Shown piece after piece: positions 1 to 12,038 of a DNA stretch of 64,000 bases. The position numbers were made by a program, and so were the translations under genes. The DNA is taken from assembly GCF_006345805.1 (NCBI RefSeq), contig NC_043011.1, forward strand, positions 21,278,464 to 21,342,463, read 5' to 3'. The stretch is from Octopus sinensis (Eukaryota). The notes beneath the pieces were generated by a model. That model was not told the origin of the DNA, did no database searches, and saw nothing but the letters and a program-made list of their open reading frames with translations. The number at the start of each line of letters is the position of its first letter. Position 1 is the first letter of the stretch.

Positions 1-120
1 AGACCAATAGAATAAGTACTAGGCTTACAACGAATAAATCCTGGGGTCGATGTGCTCGACTAAAGGCATTGCTCCAGCAAGGCCACAGTCAAATAACTGA
101 AAAAAGTAAAAGAGTAAAAG
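1..120 (+). mobile_element. SINE family A, 3' half
   Basis: AATAAGTACTAGGCTTAC..GGGGTCGAT..GCTCCAGCA.GGCCACAGTC plus (AAAAGAGT)n tail matches the 3' half of full copies such as 11752-12195. Confidence 0.85.
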
Positions 121-150
121 ATTAGCTGACGATACTATACAATTTCATTA

Positions 151-451
151 GTGAAGGCGCGTGGCTTAGTGGTTTGGGTATTCGGCACACAGTCGTGAGT
201 TCAATTCCCGGCGGCGTGCTGTGCCCTTGAGCAAGACACTTTATTTCACTTTGCTCCAGTTCACTCGGCCGGCAAAAATGAGGTGCACTTGTAATTTAAA
301 AGGCCAGCCTTGTCACATTCTGTGTTATGCTGAATCTCCCCGAGAACTACGTTAAGGATGAGCATGTCTGTGGAGTGCTCAGTTTGCTCTTTAATTTCAT
401 GAGCAGGCTGATCCATTGATCGGATCATCTGGAACCCTCGTCGTCGTAACC
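151..451 (+). mobile_element. tRNA-derived SINE (family C head, distinct tail)
   Basis: A-box-like GTGGCTTAGTGG, B-box-like GAGTTCAATTCC, then TGTGCCCTTGAGCAAGACACTTTATTTCACTTTGCTCCAG; head and centre shared with 62181-62420. Confidence 0.75.
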
Positions 452-639
452 AAGCTTTGCCAGTTTTGCAATTTCACTTAAAAGAGAGTCACATATTCCA
501 AACGTGCAACAGTTCTTTTCTGTTATTTCACGAGGGTCATGCGAACAATGGTGTGTTACATTTAACATTTTCAAAACTAACCCAGAATCTTTTCTGCCAA
601 CATTAGGAAAATCCCTATATTTCCCCTATCATATGAATG

Positions 640-947
640 ACCATAGGATTGCACCTATAAAGTTCTCTCCAGGGCATAAGTTTGAGCAATGTTGTTTATG
701 GAAGACCGACAGTTGCCCATGCATACCAGTCTCTCTTCTCCATCACCGTTGTTATCCAATGGAAAAGCAAAGGGTGATACAGTTTGCCACTGGTGACATC
801 GCAACTCATTTCTATAGCTGACTGAAATGGAGCAATGAGAAATAAGTATCTTGCTCAGGAACACAACACACAGCCCGGTCTGCGAATCGAACTCACTAAC
901 TCGTGATTGTGAGCCCGATGCTCTAACCACTGAGCCATGAACCTTCA
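640..947 (-). mobile_element. tRNA-derived SINE
   Basis: Minus strand starts TGAAGGTTCATGGCTCAGTGGTTAGAGC..GAGTTCGATTCG (A and B boxes), then TGTGTTCCTGAGCAAGATACTTATTTCTCATTGCTCC. Confidence 0.75.
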
Positions 948-953
948 TACCTA

Positions 954-985
<32 letters not shown>

Positions 986-1131
986 CTGAAAACAACGCAC
1001 TGGTAACACCAAGTAGGACACAGTATTGACATAAACGTATTCGAATATGAAATGTAACTTTCGGTGCTGTCTCTAAAATTAATGAAAGTTCTATAGAGAT
1101 ACACTTAAAAATATATATAACTATCTTTTTT

Positions 1132-1186
<55 letters not shown>

Positions 1187-1193
1187 TATATAT

Positions 1194-1324
1194 AGGGAGA
1201 GTTTACGAAAAAAAACAAAAGACAAAGACAGGTGGTGTACAAAACAAACAGATGTATTAGTATAACGCTCAGGAATAGAAAAAGTCTTTTACGTTTCGAG
1301 CCTACGCTCTTCTACAGAAAGGGA
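1194..1324 (-). mobile_element. PLE pseudo-LTR-like fragment (family P1) inside (TA)n
   Basis: Homologous segments at 24380-24560, 38685-38730, 45300-45480, 45560-45660 and 60370-60540; contains an HHR-like motif; (TA)n on both sides. Confidence 0.65.
1286..1322 (-). ncRNA. Minimal type-I hammerhead-like motif, CUGUAGA core variant
   Basis: Minus strand: CTTT-CTGTAGA-A-GAGC gtag GCTC-GAAA-CG-TA-AAAG (stem I, stem II, ACGT palindrome, GUA site). Confidence 0.55.
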
Positions 1325-1336
1325 TATATATATATA

Positions 1337-2215
1337 CAGGCTGTTCAAAAAGTTTCTCCACAGTGAATGTTTTTCATCGTGCGCATGCGCAACTTGGCTA
1401 TCACTGTGTGGGCACCCGGGTGTCAGCCATTGTCCCTCAGTCATTGTGCACCCTTCAGTGTGTCGACATGCTAACCATTGAAGAACGTACGTTTTTAGTT
1501 GAATGGGTGTTTCGAGCTGGAAACAAATACACAGATACTGTGAAGTAGAAGTTCAGTGAAACTTTTCCAAATACTGTTGTTCCACATCGTGACACTGTGC
1601 GGGATTTGATAAGAAAATACACAGGCTCAGTGTAAGACGCAGCAAGAAGCAGTAGGCCTACTGTTCTTTCGGACGAAACACTCCCCAAAATTTCTGATAA
1701 ACTGTAGGCAAGCCCGTCAAAGTCCTTACGTAAAATGTCACAGTAAACAGAAATCAGCCTAGGAAGTGCTCACACGGTAGTAAAAGAGAAATTATATTTC
1801 TTTCCATAAAAAGTGCTGGCCATTCAAGAATTGAAGACTATGGATCATGCTAAAAGGCTTCATTATTGTCATTGGTTCCAAAACTTTGTTGCCAAAAAAG
1901 GCATAGAAGTGCTGTATGGGTGTTTTTACATCGATGAGGCTTGGTTTCATCTGTCGGGATACATAAATTCACAAAACACAAGGTTATGGAGCATTGAGAA
2001 TCCACACGCAACGCATGAGCAATCTCTGCATCCCCAAAAAAGTTGGAGTATGGAAAGTAATTTCGAGAAAGCTTATTGTGGGACCGATATTTTTGAAGAC
2101 ACCATCAACACCGAGATATATTGCTCAAATATTGTCTGTCCATTTTGTAGGCCAACTCACTGAAAGTGAAATTAATAATGCATACTTTCAGCAAGATGGA
2201 GCTACAGCACATTTG
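1337..2215 (+). mobile_element. Tc1/mariner-superfamily transposon (rosa/DD41D-like), decayed and 3'-truncated
   Basis: TA-CAGGCTGTTC terminus; ATG at 1468 MLTIEERTFLVEWVF (DUF4817-like HTH), IDEAWFHLSGYINSQNTRLW, LHPQKVGVW, YFQQDGATAH; several stops and frameshifts. Confidence 0.85.
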
Positions 2216-2286
2216 TAGTCTTACACCGTCTTATAAATATTTATTTTGCAGTAAAATACTTACTGCCGAGAAACTTTTTGAACACC

Positions 2287-2333
<47 letters not shown>

Positions 2334-2564
2334 CATTTATATACATACATATATTATTATTATACACACACACACACACACACACACACAAAGTTCCTAT
2401 TTCATAATAGCATAGCAGTTAATCTTTGTTTGCTTAGAATTTCATGTAAATCCATGTACGTCCAAACTTTCAGTCAGAATCAGATATCAACCATAATTTG
2501 TTCTCCGATTTCGTTTGATATTGTATTTATTTGAACAGATTACAGCGCGTATACCCGAGCTCAA

Positions 2565-2811
2565 AATAAGTCTGAAGATTCGGTTACAAATTTTTTTATT
2601 ATGACATCATAAACAACACAATCTTTATACGTGTTGCGCTACCATATTGTAGAATGCCATACGGTAATTTTTACAAAGACAGTGATTGTCCAACTGTCAA
2701 TATAACAATTACATCATAGCATAGAGGACTACGCTAGTGAAACACGTACAAATGTTAGATAGTTCATGATATCATAATAAAAAGTCTTGTAACCGAATCT
2801 CTAGTCTTATT
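2565..2811. mobile_element. MITE-like element with imperfect TIRs of about 45 bp
   Basis: Left GATTCGGTTACAAATTTTTTTATTATGACATCA versus right TGATATCATAATAAAAAGTCTTGTAACCGAATC; outer AATAAG/CTTATT also pair. Confidence 0.6.
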
Positions 2812-3212
2812 CACACACACACACACACACACATACACCACGAACGCACGCACACACTCACATACACAGACACTCGTACATACAAACATATATCTTTGCA
2901 GTTCGAATTCCTGTGAAGCATAAAACTTCAACATATCCGCTAACACACAGTTTTTAATCCTGAGCAAAAGCTTTTATCAGCTTGTACTTCTCATCTTTGT
3001 TCATTTCTAACTTCAAATTTCGTTTCTCTATAGTTCTTAGTTTTCCTACCGATTTCGTAATCTAAGGATTTTTCTTCTAAGTATTTGTCTAATATTCTGT
3101 ATTTTCTCTTCTTCAGTTCTACTACTATTGATAACTGTTGTGTTTTATTTCAAAGCGCACCATTTGTGGTTGCCTAACAAAAGTAGATTAATCTACTTTA
3201 GATATTGGTTGC

Positions 3213-3598
3213 AAATTTTTGCACAAGGCTGACAATTCCGGGGGAATGAGTAAGTCGATTACATCGACCCCAGTCCTCAACTGGTACTTATTTTATCGAC
3301 CCCGAATGAATGAAAGACAAAGTCGACCTTAGCGGAATTTGATCTCAGAACGTAAAAACGGACGAAATACCTATTTCTTTACTACCCACAAGGAGCTAAA
3401 CACAGAGAGGACAAACAAAGACAGACACACGGATTAAGTCGATTATATCGACCCCAGTGCGTAACTGGTACTTATTTAATCGACCTCGAAAGGATGAAAG
3501 GCTAAGTCGACCTCGGCGGAATTTGAACTCAGAACGTAGCGACAGACGAAATACCACTAAGAATTTCACCTGGCGTGCTAACGATTCTGCCAGCTCGT
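3213..3598 (-). mobile_element. SINE family B dimer (young-type body nested in an older copy)
   Basis: Head GAGCTGGCAGAATCGTTAGCACGCC; body duplicated, joined at ...AAAGAAATA|GGTATTTCGTC. Confidence 0.85.
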
Positions 3599-3699
3599 GA
3601 AGCATTTTGTCTGGCGCGATAACACTTCTACAAGCTCGCCGCCTTGAATCTACCTCAGATATTGATATGTAAACGTCTAAAAGTTTATTAGATGCCTAG

Positions 3700-4620
3700 T
3701 TTAACTCTACAACCTGACATCTTGGGCATCTTTGATGAGGTTCTCTCTGTTGCAAACCTTTAGGTCACATTTTCGGTTTGAGGATATCTTCTCCCGTTCC
3801 AAGTTTCAGAGACTCTAAGAAGGAGCACGTGCACCGCCTTCCCCTTCTAACTAATTGTAAAAAACAAAATAATGAAATAAACGACAAAGCACAGAAGATT
3901 TCATGTTTGATTTGAAGAGTTTAAACGGTTTGTTTTTGTTCGTTTAACTTGTGATCTTTCTTCACAAAATCTACAGAGCCATCAAAGTCGAGCATGCTTT
4001 CCAAGATTCGCTATGCATCTTCCATTCCTCTTGTTGTCGATACTTTCCCGAAAGCAGAAGATGTGGATATCTTCCAATAATATATAACTGATTATGACTG
4101 TGTTATATATTTAAAAAAAAAATTTTAGTTGCTTATATTCTTAGACTTTTTCATTTAACCTTTATAGACCTTCAGACCTAAGTTCAGTTATATTTTTCTT
4201 ATCATCTGTTCTTTTATGCGTTCGTTGATAGAAATATTACAGAAATCCTGTCCTCTGCAAAGACCAGCTAGACCGTACAATGATTGAGCGGATTGGGAAT
4301 AAGTAAATACACTCGATGACAAGTCAATGTCCAACCTCCATTTTAACTCTTTTATCTCTCCCTCTTACGATCGACCTTTACTTGATAAATCGTTGACAGA
4401 AATGAAAATTCTGACATTAGGCACTCATGCCTAATTCTAGTCTTAATTTCAAAAGACTCTGACAGTTCTTCTGTACGGATTCGTTTATCTGCCAGGTTCT
4501 CGGGCATTTTTTCAATAAGTGTATCTCTATTCTGGAATTTCATGACGCAGTAGTTTCCAAAGACTTTCTCCATCCATGCTGTCAAAAGCTTTTTTTCAAA
4601 GTCCACAAAGTTGATGCACG
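3700..4620 (-). mobile_element. RTE-clade LINE reverse transcriptase remnant
   Basis: Frame-broken motifs NFVDFEK(A)FDSMDGESLWKLLRH, ELSESFEIKT.IR.EC, KLFKSNMKS and SETW. Confidence 0.6.
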
Positions 4621-4999
4621 GTGAAGAATCCTATTCAAATTATTGATTATATATATACTGCACACGCAGACACACACACACACACACGCACACATGTGCA
4701 TATACACTCACACAAATATATGTATATATGCAATCATATATATACATACGTACGTATATACATTTTATATCCGTGTATGTTTGAGCAAGTACTTAATTGA
4801 ATCCGCTCGTATGCAGTCTACTAAAAGACTGAACAAATCTTTAGATATGTAATCTTGTTTGTTTTGTGAATGGCAGACACATCCACACATGATAAACATC
4901 ATACACACGCACGCACACACACATACCACACCACGCTCACATATGCACACACATTCACACACAACACGTATAAGTACGCATATATATAAATACATGTAC

Positions 5000-5342
5000 A
5001 TATTTGCGTAAGACCTATTGCTTCGTTGCTGTAAGATCGCCGAAGCATGCTCAATGTTTCTGCTGCAGACTTCCCAAATTTAACGCAAAATTTCACGTTG
5101 AAACTTTGTTCCAACTTCCTGTCCATGACAAAAAAAAAAAACAAAAAAAAAACAAACGCAGACTACAGCGTACACATGGTCATAAAAACGCAAATTTCAC
5201 AACTTGTGAAGTAAACACAGTGATATCACTCGGCGCACTCCCTCGTGAAGATCACTGATAGCTCTCACTACGTACGCAACCGTGTGCTGGTATTTGTTGG
5301 CGCACTACAGAACTAGTCCAAGAATTTTGTGATACCACCTCG
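5000..5342 (-). mobile_element. mariner 5' fragment (TIR plus transposase N-terminus)
   Basis: TA-CGAGGTGGTATCACAAAATTCTTGGACT terminus at 5342; MDRKLEQSFNVKFCVKFGKSAAETLSMLRRSYSNEAIG. Confidence 0.8.
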
Positions 5343-6063
5343 TATATATATATAAGAGTGTATAAAGATTTATATATTATGGATTAAAACTTAGTCCGCT
5401 AGCGTAGTTAGATAGCCCAGCAGTAAATAAATTTAAATTATGTACTATATGGCCTCAGAATTGGAAAATTTGACTGTGTAAATTATGAGGGTAATTTTTT
5501 TAAAATTTATTACCAGTGGTTCGTATGCTGAACAAAAGCCATGACATAACATATTTTTATATATAAGACTTATAAAGATTTATACTCAGAGAGAAGACCC
5601 TTAACAAGACTTCCGACACGCTAAAAATGGCAGTTAAACCCAAGCTATGAAAACATAATTCTTAAGGCCCGCTGTTAATGGCACTAGAGTGAACGAAATA
5701 AAAAAAATTAGTTAATCCCATACTCGAGTTTCGTTATTAACGACCAAAATAAATTAATTAGGCATCCGTAGTTCTTCAGTGGGATCACTAAAGAATGCAT
5801 AATTATGTAGCTTTAATACGTACCGAAAAATACGTGTCCCTCTTTATATAAATATGGATAAAAAATTAGTGCGCTAGCGTAGTCAGATAACCCAGAAGTA
5901 AATGAATTTAAACTGTGTACTATATGGCTTCAGAATTGGAAAATGAATTTTACTCTGTAAATTATGAGGGTAATTTTTTTAAAAATTATTACCAGTAGTT
6001 TGCATGCTTAATAAAAGTCATAAGACATAACATATTTTATATATATAAGAGTGTATAAAGATT
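5343..6063 (-). mobile_element. Non-coding HHR-bearing tandem element (period about 475 bp), PLE/retrozyme-like
   Basis: Segment of about 210-230 bp repeated directly (about 5370-5580 and 5845-6063); HHR in the single-copy spacer; no ORF. Confidence 0.6.
5715..5785 (-). ncRNA. Minimal type-I hammerhead ribozyme motif
   Basis: ATCCCA-CTGAAGA-[40 nt]-GAAA-CTCGAG-TA-TGGGAT: perfect 6-bp stem I, canonical core, palindromic ACTCGAGT stem III, GUA site; stem II pairing is poor. Confidence 0.65.
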
Positions 6064-6064
6064 T

Positions 6065-7150
6065 GTGGGTCATCCATAAATAATGCGGTTTTTATACTTT
6101 TATTTTTCAAAATTAAAATAAACAAAGTCCTCTTTTTAAATCTAAAATATACACTCTTTCATTTTCTACAATGCTCTTCCATCTATCTTGTAGACTTGCA
6201 AGGCCTCTTCTCCAAAATTCACTTGTCCGCAACGAAAAATACTCTTCCAATACTGTTCTGTTCTCGTCTACAGAATTCATATTTGTTTCCATCCAAATGA
6301 TTTTGAAGACTGCGGAATAAATGATAATCAGATGAGACAATGTCCGACGAATATGGTGGGTGAGGCATCGTTTCCCATTCAAACTGCTCCAGCCTTTGGA
6401 ATGTCATTCTCTTTGTATGTGGCCGAGCACTATCCTGACGGAAGAACACCTTTCACCTTAAAATCAAAAGTTTTTCTTCTCGCGCTAACTTAAGCCGCTC
6501 AAGCTACACGCAGTAGATCTCCTTTGTTATCGTTTGGTCTGGGTTTAGAAGTTCAAAGTGGACTAAACATTTCATATCCCACCAAACAAATAACAACACC
6601 TTACGTGGGTGAAGACCTTCTTTAGCCTAGGGTGCCGGTGTTTCTCCTTTCCCTACTCACTGACTTCGACGCTTGTCATTTTTATAGAGAACCCATTTTT
6701 CCTCATCCTTCACTATTCGGTCCAAAAAAGGTTCATTCGTGAGACGTGACAGCAAAGAAGTGCACACATTCACTCTCTGCGCGCGATTAGACTCAGAAAG
6801 TTTGAGAGGAACCCATTGACCCAATTTGCTGACTTTTCCGATGGCACGTAGGTGTCGATGAATTGTTGAATGACCAAATCCAAGCTTCTCTGCTAGTTCC
6901 TTAATAGTTACAATGAGATTTTGTTCCACCAGGGCGTCGAGCTCTACAGATCTTCCAGGATGAGGCTCGTTGTCTAGGCTGTAGTTTCCGGTTCGGAATT
7001 TCTGGAACTACTGTTGACACTGGCTTACACTTACTGTCCAAGATAATGTAAAATTCGGTGTAAATTTTTAGTAAGTGACGTATGTCGTTCATGCTTCGCG
7101 TGTTGATAGAGTATCTCTTCGTCCATACTCGAAATTATCTTCAAAATTTT
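6065..7150 (-). mobile_element. mariner transposon, decayed transposase
   Basis: ELAEKLGFGHSTIHRHL, GQWVPLKL, DRIVKDEEKWVLY, QDSARPHT, PHPPYSSDIVSSDYHLFRSLQN; split across frames. Confidence 0.9.
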
Positions 7151-7218
7151 AATTTATGGAAAAGCAAAAATATTTATTAGAAAAAACAGAAAACTATATT
7201 TTTATAGAATTTGATACT

Positions 7219-7435
7219 AATACATACATACATACATACATACATACTCACATACATACATATTACATACATTTATTCATGCATACATACATACACACAT
7301 ACATACATACATACATACATACATACATACATACATACATACATACATTCATACATACATACACACACGCATATATACATACATATATACATACATACAT
7401 GCATACATACACGCATACATACATACAAACATATT
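7219..7435. repeat. (TACA)n microsatellite
   Basis: Direct reading. Confidence 0.95.
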
Positions 7436-7479
7436 AACTGACCTGAGATGACCGATATAATTGATATGTGAAGCATCGT

Positions 7480-7790
7480 GTCCTAATACCATTAAAAAAT
7501 GTACGTTACACAAAGGTTAAATCCAATTCTCGAATCCTCTTTTAGGTGCGCTCTGTTCTATCAACGAATTTCACCTCGTCTATGCCATTAAACGTTGTTC
7601 TTGAAAACTGCTCTTCATTGGGCCAAACAGATGAAAGTTTGAGAGTGCCAGATCCAGGTTATACAGTAGGTGAGGAACCACTAACTAGCTCAGTTCGCTG
7701 ATTGCCAGATTAATTACCACAGATTTTGTGTGATTGTGCAATATATCATGGTAAATGTAGTTCGTTTACAGATTCCTGTTCGTTCTCTTC
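7480..7790 (-). mobile_element. mariner transposase C-terminal fragment
   Basis: Minus-strand LVVPHLLYNLDLALSNFHLFGPMK resembles PHPPYSPDLAPSDFHLFGPLK. Confidence 0.65.
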
Positions 7791-8829
7791 ATCTTGACGG
7801 CTTCTTCAAGATTTCTGAGTGTCTTAATGTTCAGTTTATACATAAAAATTAATGTTATGAAGAAAAACTTTAACCTGGTTACATAATTCTGAAAGGTTAT
7901 ATGGATAGAGTTTCTCCAAGATAAATATCCCTATCAGATAGTAACACGAGTAAAAACAAGCCAGAATAATAAAATCTTTATTAATGGGTTAGAGAAAGGC
8001 TATTTATACCTATTTATACCTATTTATTGAATAGTCTTGACTAAAATTCTATAAAGATATTCTAACTATTTTGTACCACAACAGAGCATTGGAACAAAGC
8101 AAGGACGTTACGCTATTTGACTATGCTTACACCACTTCGTTTCGCTTAATCGTAATGTTTATACTGCCGTTTAATAGTTAGAGAAGTCACTCGACTGTCA
8201 CATAATATGATATAAAATATATATGTATATATATATTCAAGTTCAGCAAAAAAAGAAAATTAGAACTATTTTTTTCAATATCCGTTGAGAAAACCAGCGG
8301 GTATTCAGTATAATATATCCTTTGGAAATATTTTATTATAGCCAAAAACAACTCTCTTCACTCAGTTAATCAGTAGCCTACAACGTTTTTTTTTTTTCTG
8401 AATCAATACTCACACCAGTGTCTGTACGAAGTGAACTGATGTTAGATGAAATCGAGGCTATCATTGTTAAACTATTACTGTCAGAGAAGTTCGGGCTAAT
8501 AATGATACTGCCTCTCTTTTCCTAAAACAAAGTGGCAGAAGCATAACATAGATTCGAAAAATCTTTCGAGTATTGAATCATATCCATGGTACAGTCTCAG
8601 TAAACCACCAAGGGTTGAAATAGATCGTTGGATTGAGTTGGCGTACATGACATGCAAAACATCAGGAGAAATGGAAAATAACTGCTCGGAAAGTATTCCG
8701 TAGTTGATCACTGAGGGTACACGTGTGATGAAGTTACAGTGATCTACCACAGTGTAACATATTGGGTGTGCGCTTAAGAAGCTCGCTTGGCAAGCACGTG
8801 GTTTCAGGTTCAATCTCTGTCCGGGCAGA

Positions 8830-9075
8830 GGACCGAATATTAAAAAAAAGAAACGTAAGCATCTATACCTAAGAAGAAGCTACCAGATACCTACCTCGAA
8901 CTGAATTTTTAGAATTGTACCCGTGATCATTGGAGGACTGAAGTATGCAGATAATTGTCTCAGCACTAACCATAAGGACTGGAGTCTCGCAAAACCGTAG
9001 AAGATACGGCTAATTAGGAAATTACAATTAAGAGTCCTTAATGAACTGCAAAATTATGTATAAGATTTCAAGATA
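8830..9075 (+). mobile_element. R4/Dong-like LINE 3' end remnant
   Basis: LNFRIVPVIIGGLKYADNCL..LIRKLQLRVLN..AKLCIRF parallels the C-terminus of the copy at 30208-31198. Confidence 0.45.
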
Positions 9076-9199
9076 TGTATAAACAAAACGTGTATGTACA
9101 CATATATAAGTGAAATCGTATAAATTAAAACACATAATGGCGCACACACACATGTATATATATGAATGTATGTATACAAAGTGATACATATGTGCGGGA

Positions 9200-9282
<83 letters not shown>

Positions 9283-9445
9283 CAGACATACGCACACTTG
9301 TATTCATACAAGACTAAACTTAAGTCCCAGCATAAGCTAAATATATTACACATAAACACCCAACACACACATATATACACACACATTATTACATATACGT
9401 GTGTATATATATGCATATATTTATATATACACATACACACACACC

Positions 9446-9481
<36 letters not shown>

Positions 9482-9853
9482 CATATATACATGCATATAC
9501 ACATATTTATTTCTGTACATACACGCATATATACATAAGTTCATGCATACATACTTACGTATATATAAAACTTGAAATGATAATGGTTAATAGTTGGTAA
9601 CTTTAAACTACTCTTGACGTCATAATCCATTCACACAGCGACTGACCTTATTATCCGTTATTCATTTCATATCCAGTTACTGTTATTCCTTTCAGAATAG
9701 TGATGAGTACAGTTAGGCATTCAAAGCTGGAGGCTAGAAACCTTTAGGTGAGGGGGTTATAATGTTGGTTACGAGATGCATCAGAATTTGCTCAGTGCCA
9801 TGAGAAAGGTGTATTCTGACCTTCTAAATTATTGTGCAAATGTACAATTATAC

Positions 9854-9901
<48 letters not shown>

Positions 9902-10174
9902 ACACGCACACACCACACACACTCACCACACACTAGCTATACAACACACACATGCATATATATATATGAGTGTGTAAATATATATATGTATGTGTGTGTG
10001 TTTGTATCTGTGTGCATGCGTGCATGTGTATGTGTGTGTTTGTGTGTATAAGCATATGTATGTATGCACGTACTTATGTATATATGTATGTACGTATGTA
10101 TGCGTGTATAGACAGGAAGTTCGAGCTAAATTTGACAATTTTTAAGTCTCGTAATTTTTTTTTTTCAAGAACAG

Positions 10175-10850
10175 CTTGATGAAATGGTGAACAGTCAACG
10201 GCGTTGGAGAGCATGAATGTTAAAGTTGTTGTATTTCAGAAAAAGTTAGCTGACATAGAGGACTAGAAGCCATATTGGAAAAGAGTTACCTGTATCATCA
10301 TTAAAACTACTACTTAATGCTCTGTGAACACCGTAAACGCTGTAAGACGTGATATGGATAGCTGCAACAGAGATTGCGAAGCCGTGGCCAGCAGGAAGGG
10401 ACACAGGAGGCGTTCTGACTGCATCCGCACGCTGATATTTCAACCTTCATCTTCAAACCGGGCCTTAGGCTAAACTCAATCGTCTATATGAAGCTGCTGG
10501 AGATTGTGGTCAAACCTTGACTGGTGAGGGTTGCTACTGCAAATTCGGCTCCTTGCCCTACCTCTGGAAAGAGACAGAAGTGGTTGTCGGAAAATTTCTA
10601 CAACTTCACCAGCACCAACTTGTGGCTTCTAGTTCCACTGGTTGTTATCCCATGGATTACTATGTGTGGAGCACGGTTGAGGAAGATACCAACCGCTGTG
10701 CCTGCTACACCAAGGCCGAACTGGTGGCCAAGATCAAGAAGGTGTTCGAAGATCTTCCCAGAGGACATATTGAGGAACGCATGTGCTAGGTCCCTGAACG
10801 GCCACGAGGCCGTGGTAGGAGCTGAGGGCGGCTGCTTTGAGTAAACTGTT
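10175..10850 (+). mobile_element. Tc1/mariner-superfamily (maT/DD37D-like) transposase, internally deleted
   Basis: SAPCPTSGKRQKWLSENF, SS..CYPMDYYVWSTVEEDTN, NACAR..EAVVGAEGGCFE*. Confidence 0.75.
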
Positions 10851-10939
10851 AACTCCCAACCACAGTCTAGTTAATGTATATATACATATATAGGAAGAGA
10901 GAGAGAGAGAAAGAGAAAGAGAGAGAGAGAGAGATGTTA

Positions 10940-11365
10940 AGAGCGTGTAGTAAGAAGTTTGCTTCCCAGCCACGTGGTTCCGGGCTCAGTCCCACTGCGC
11001 AGTACCTTGGGCAAGTATCTTCTTCTATAACCACAGGCTAACTAAAACCTTGTGATTAGATTTAGTGAACGGAAACTGAAAGAAACCCATCGTATATAGA
11101 TGTGTGTGTGTGTGTGTGTGTGTGCATGTGAATACATTCGTGTGTGTGTATGTATGTGTGCATGTGTGTGTGCGCGCGTGTATGTGTATGTGTGTGTGTC
11201 TTTGTGTTTGTGTTTGTCCACTAACGCTTGACAACCTGTATTAGTTTATGTACGTAACGTAGCGGTTTGACAAAGAAACTAACAGAATGTTTCGGGCTTT
11301 AGAGACGATTTGTCCAACTAAACTCTCCGAGGCGGCGGCCAAGCATAGTCGCAGTCCAATTAATA
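10940..11365 (+). mobile_element. SINE family A, diverged, internal (TG)n
   Basis: CCACGTGGTTCCGGGCTCAGTCCCACTGCG..CCTTGGGCAAGT..GGAAACTGAAAGAA.CCC.TCGTA. Confidence 0.8.
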
Positions 11366-11450
11366 AATTCCGAAATTTCGCCGCAAGGGGCTTCACTTAA
11401 AAATCGGAAATACAGAACATGTAGAGTCCGAATTCAAACGACATAAAGGT

Positions 11451-11697
11451 CAGAGGTAATATTTATCCCCACTTCAACGAGGATGTTCTATTGGAACAAA
11501 TTTATTGCGGTAGTTGCCATGAGAGAAACTTCCATATTGATTTTTTGGTGCAAAATGCACTCTCGTTTACATCGCTAGAAGGGAGATAAATTTTTGCACT
11601 AAAAAGCCAATATGAGAGTGTTTCTCATGGCAACTACCACAGTAAAGTTTGTCCCAATAGAATATCCACGGTTAAGTGGGGATAAATATTATCTCTG
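11451..11697. repeat. Long imperfect inverted repeat (arms about 105 bp)
   Basis: CAGAGGTAATATTTATCCCCACTT..TGGTGCAAAA pairs with TTTTGCACTA..AAGTGGGGATAAATATTATCTCTG; loop about 35 nt. Confidence 0.85.
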
Positions 11698-11751
11698 TCG
11701 CTAATATATATAAAATTCAGATTACAAAATTTTTGAAAGTTCCAGTATTAT

Positions 11752-11940
11752 AGGCGTAGAAGTGGCTGTGTGGTAAGTAGCTTGCTTACGAACCACATGG
11801 TTTCGGGTTCAGTCCCACAGCGTGGCACCTTCGGCAAGTGTCTTTTACTATAACCTCGGGCCAACCAAAGCCTTTTGAGTGGATTTAGTAGACGGAAACT
11901 GAAAGAATTCCGTCGTACATATGTATATATATATATATAT

Positions 11941-12038
<98 letters not shown>

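Noticed and set aside
504-1104. ORFs of 105 and 149 aa
   Set aside because: They overlap a SINE and (CA)n, and show no recognisable domain.
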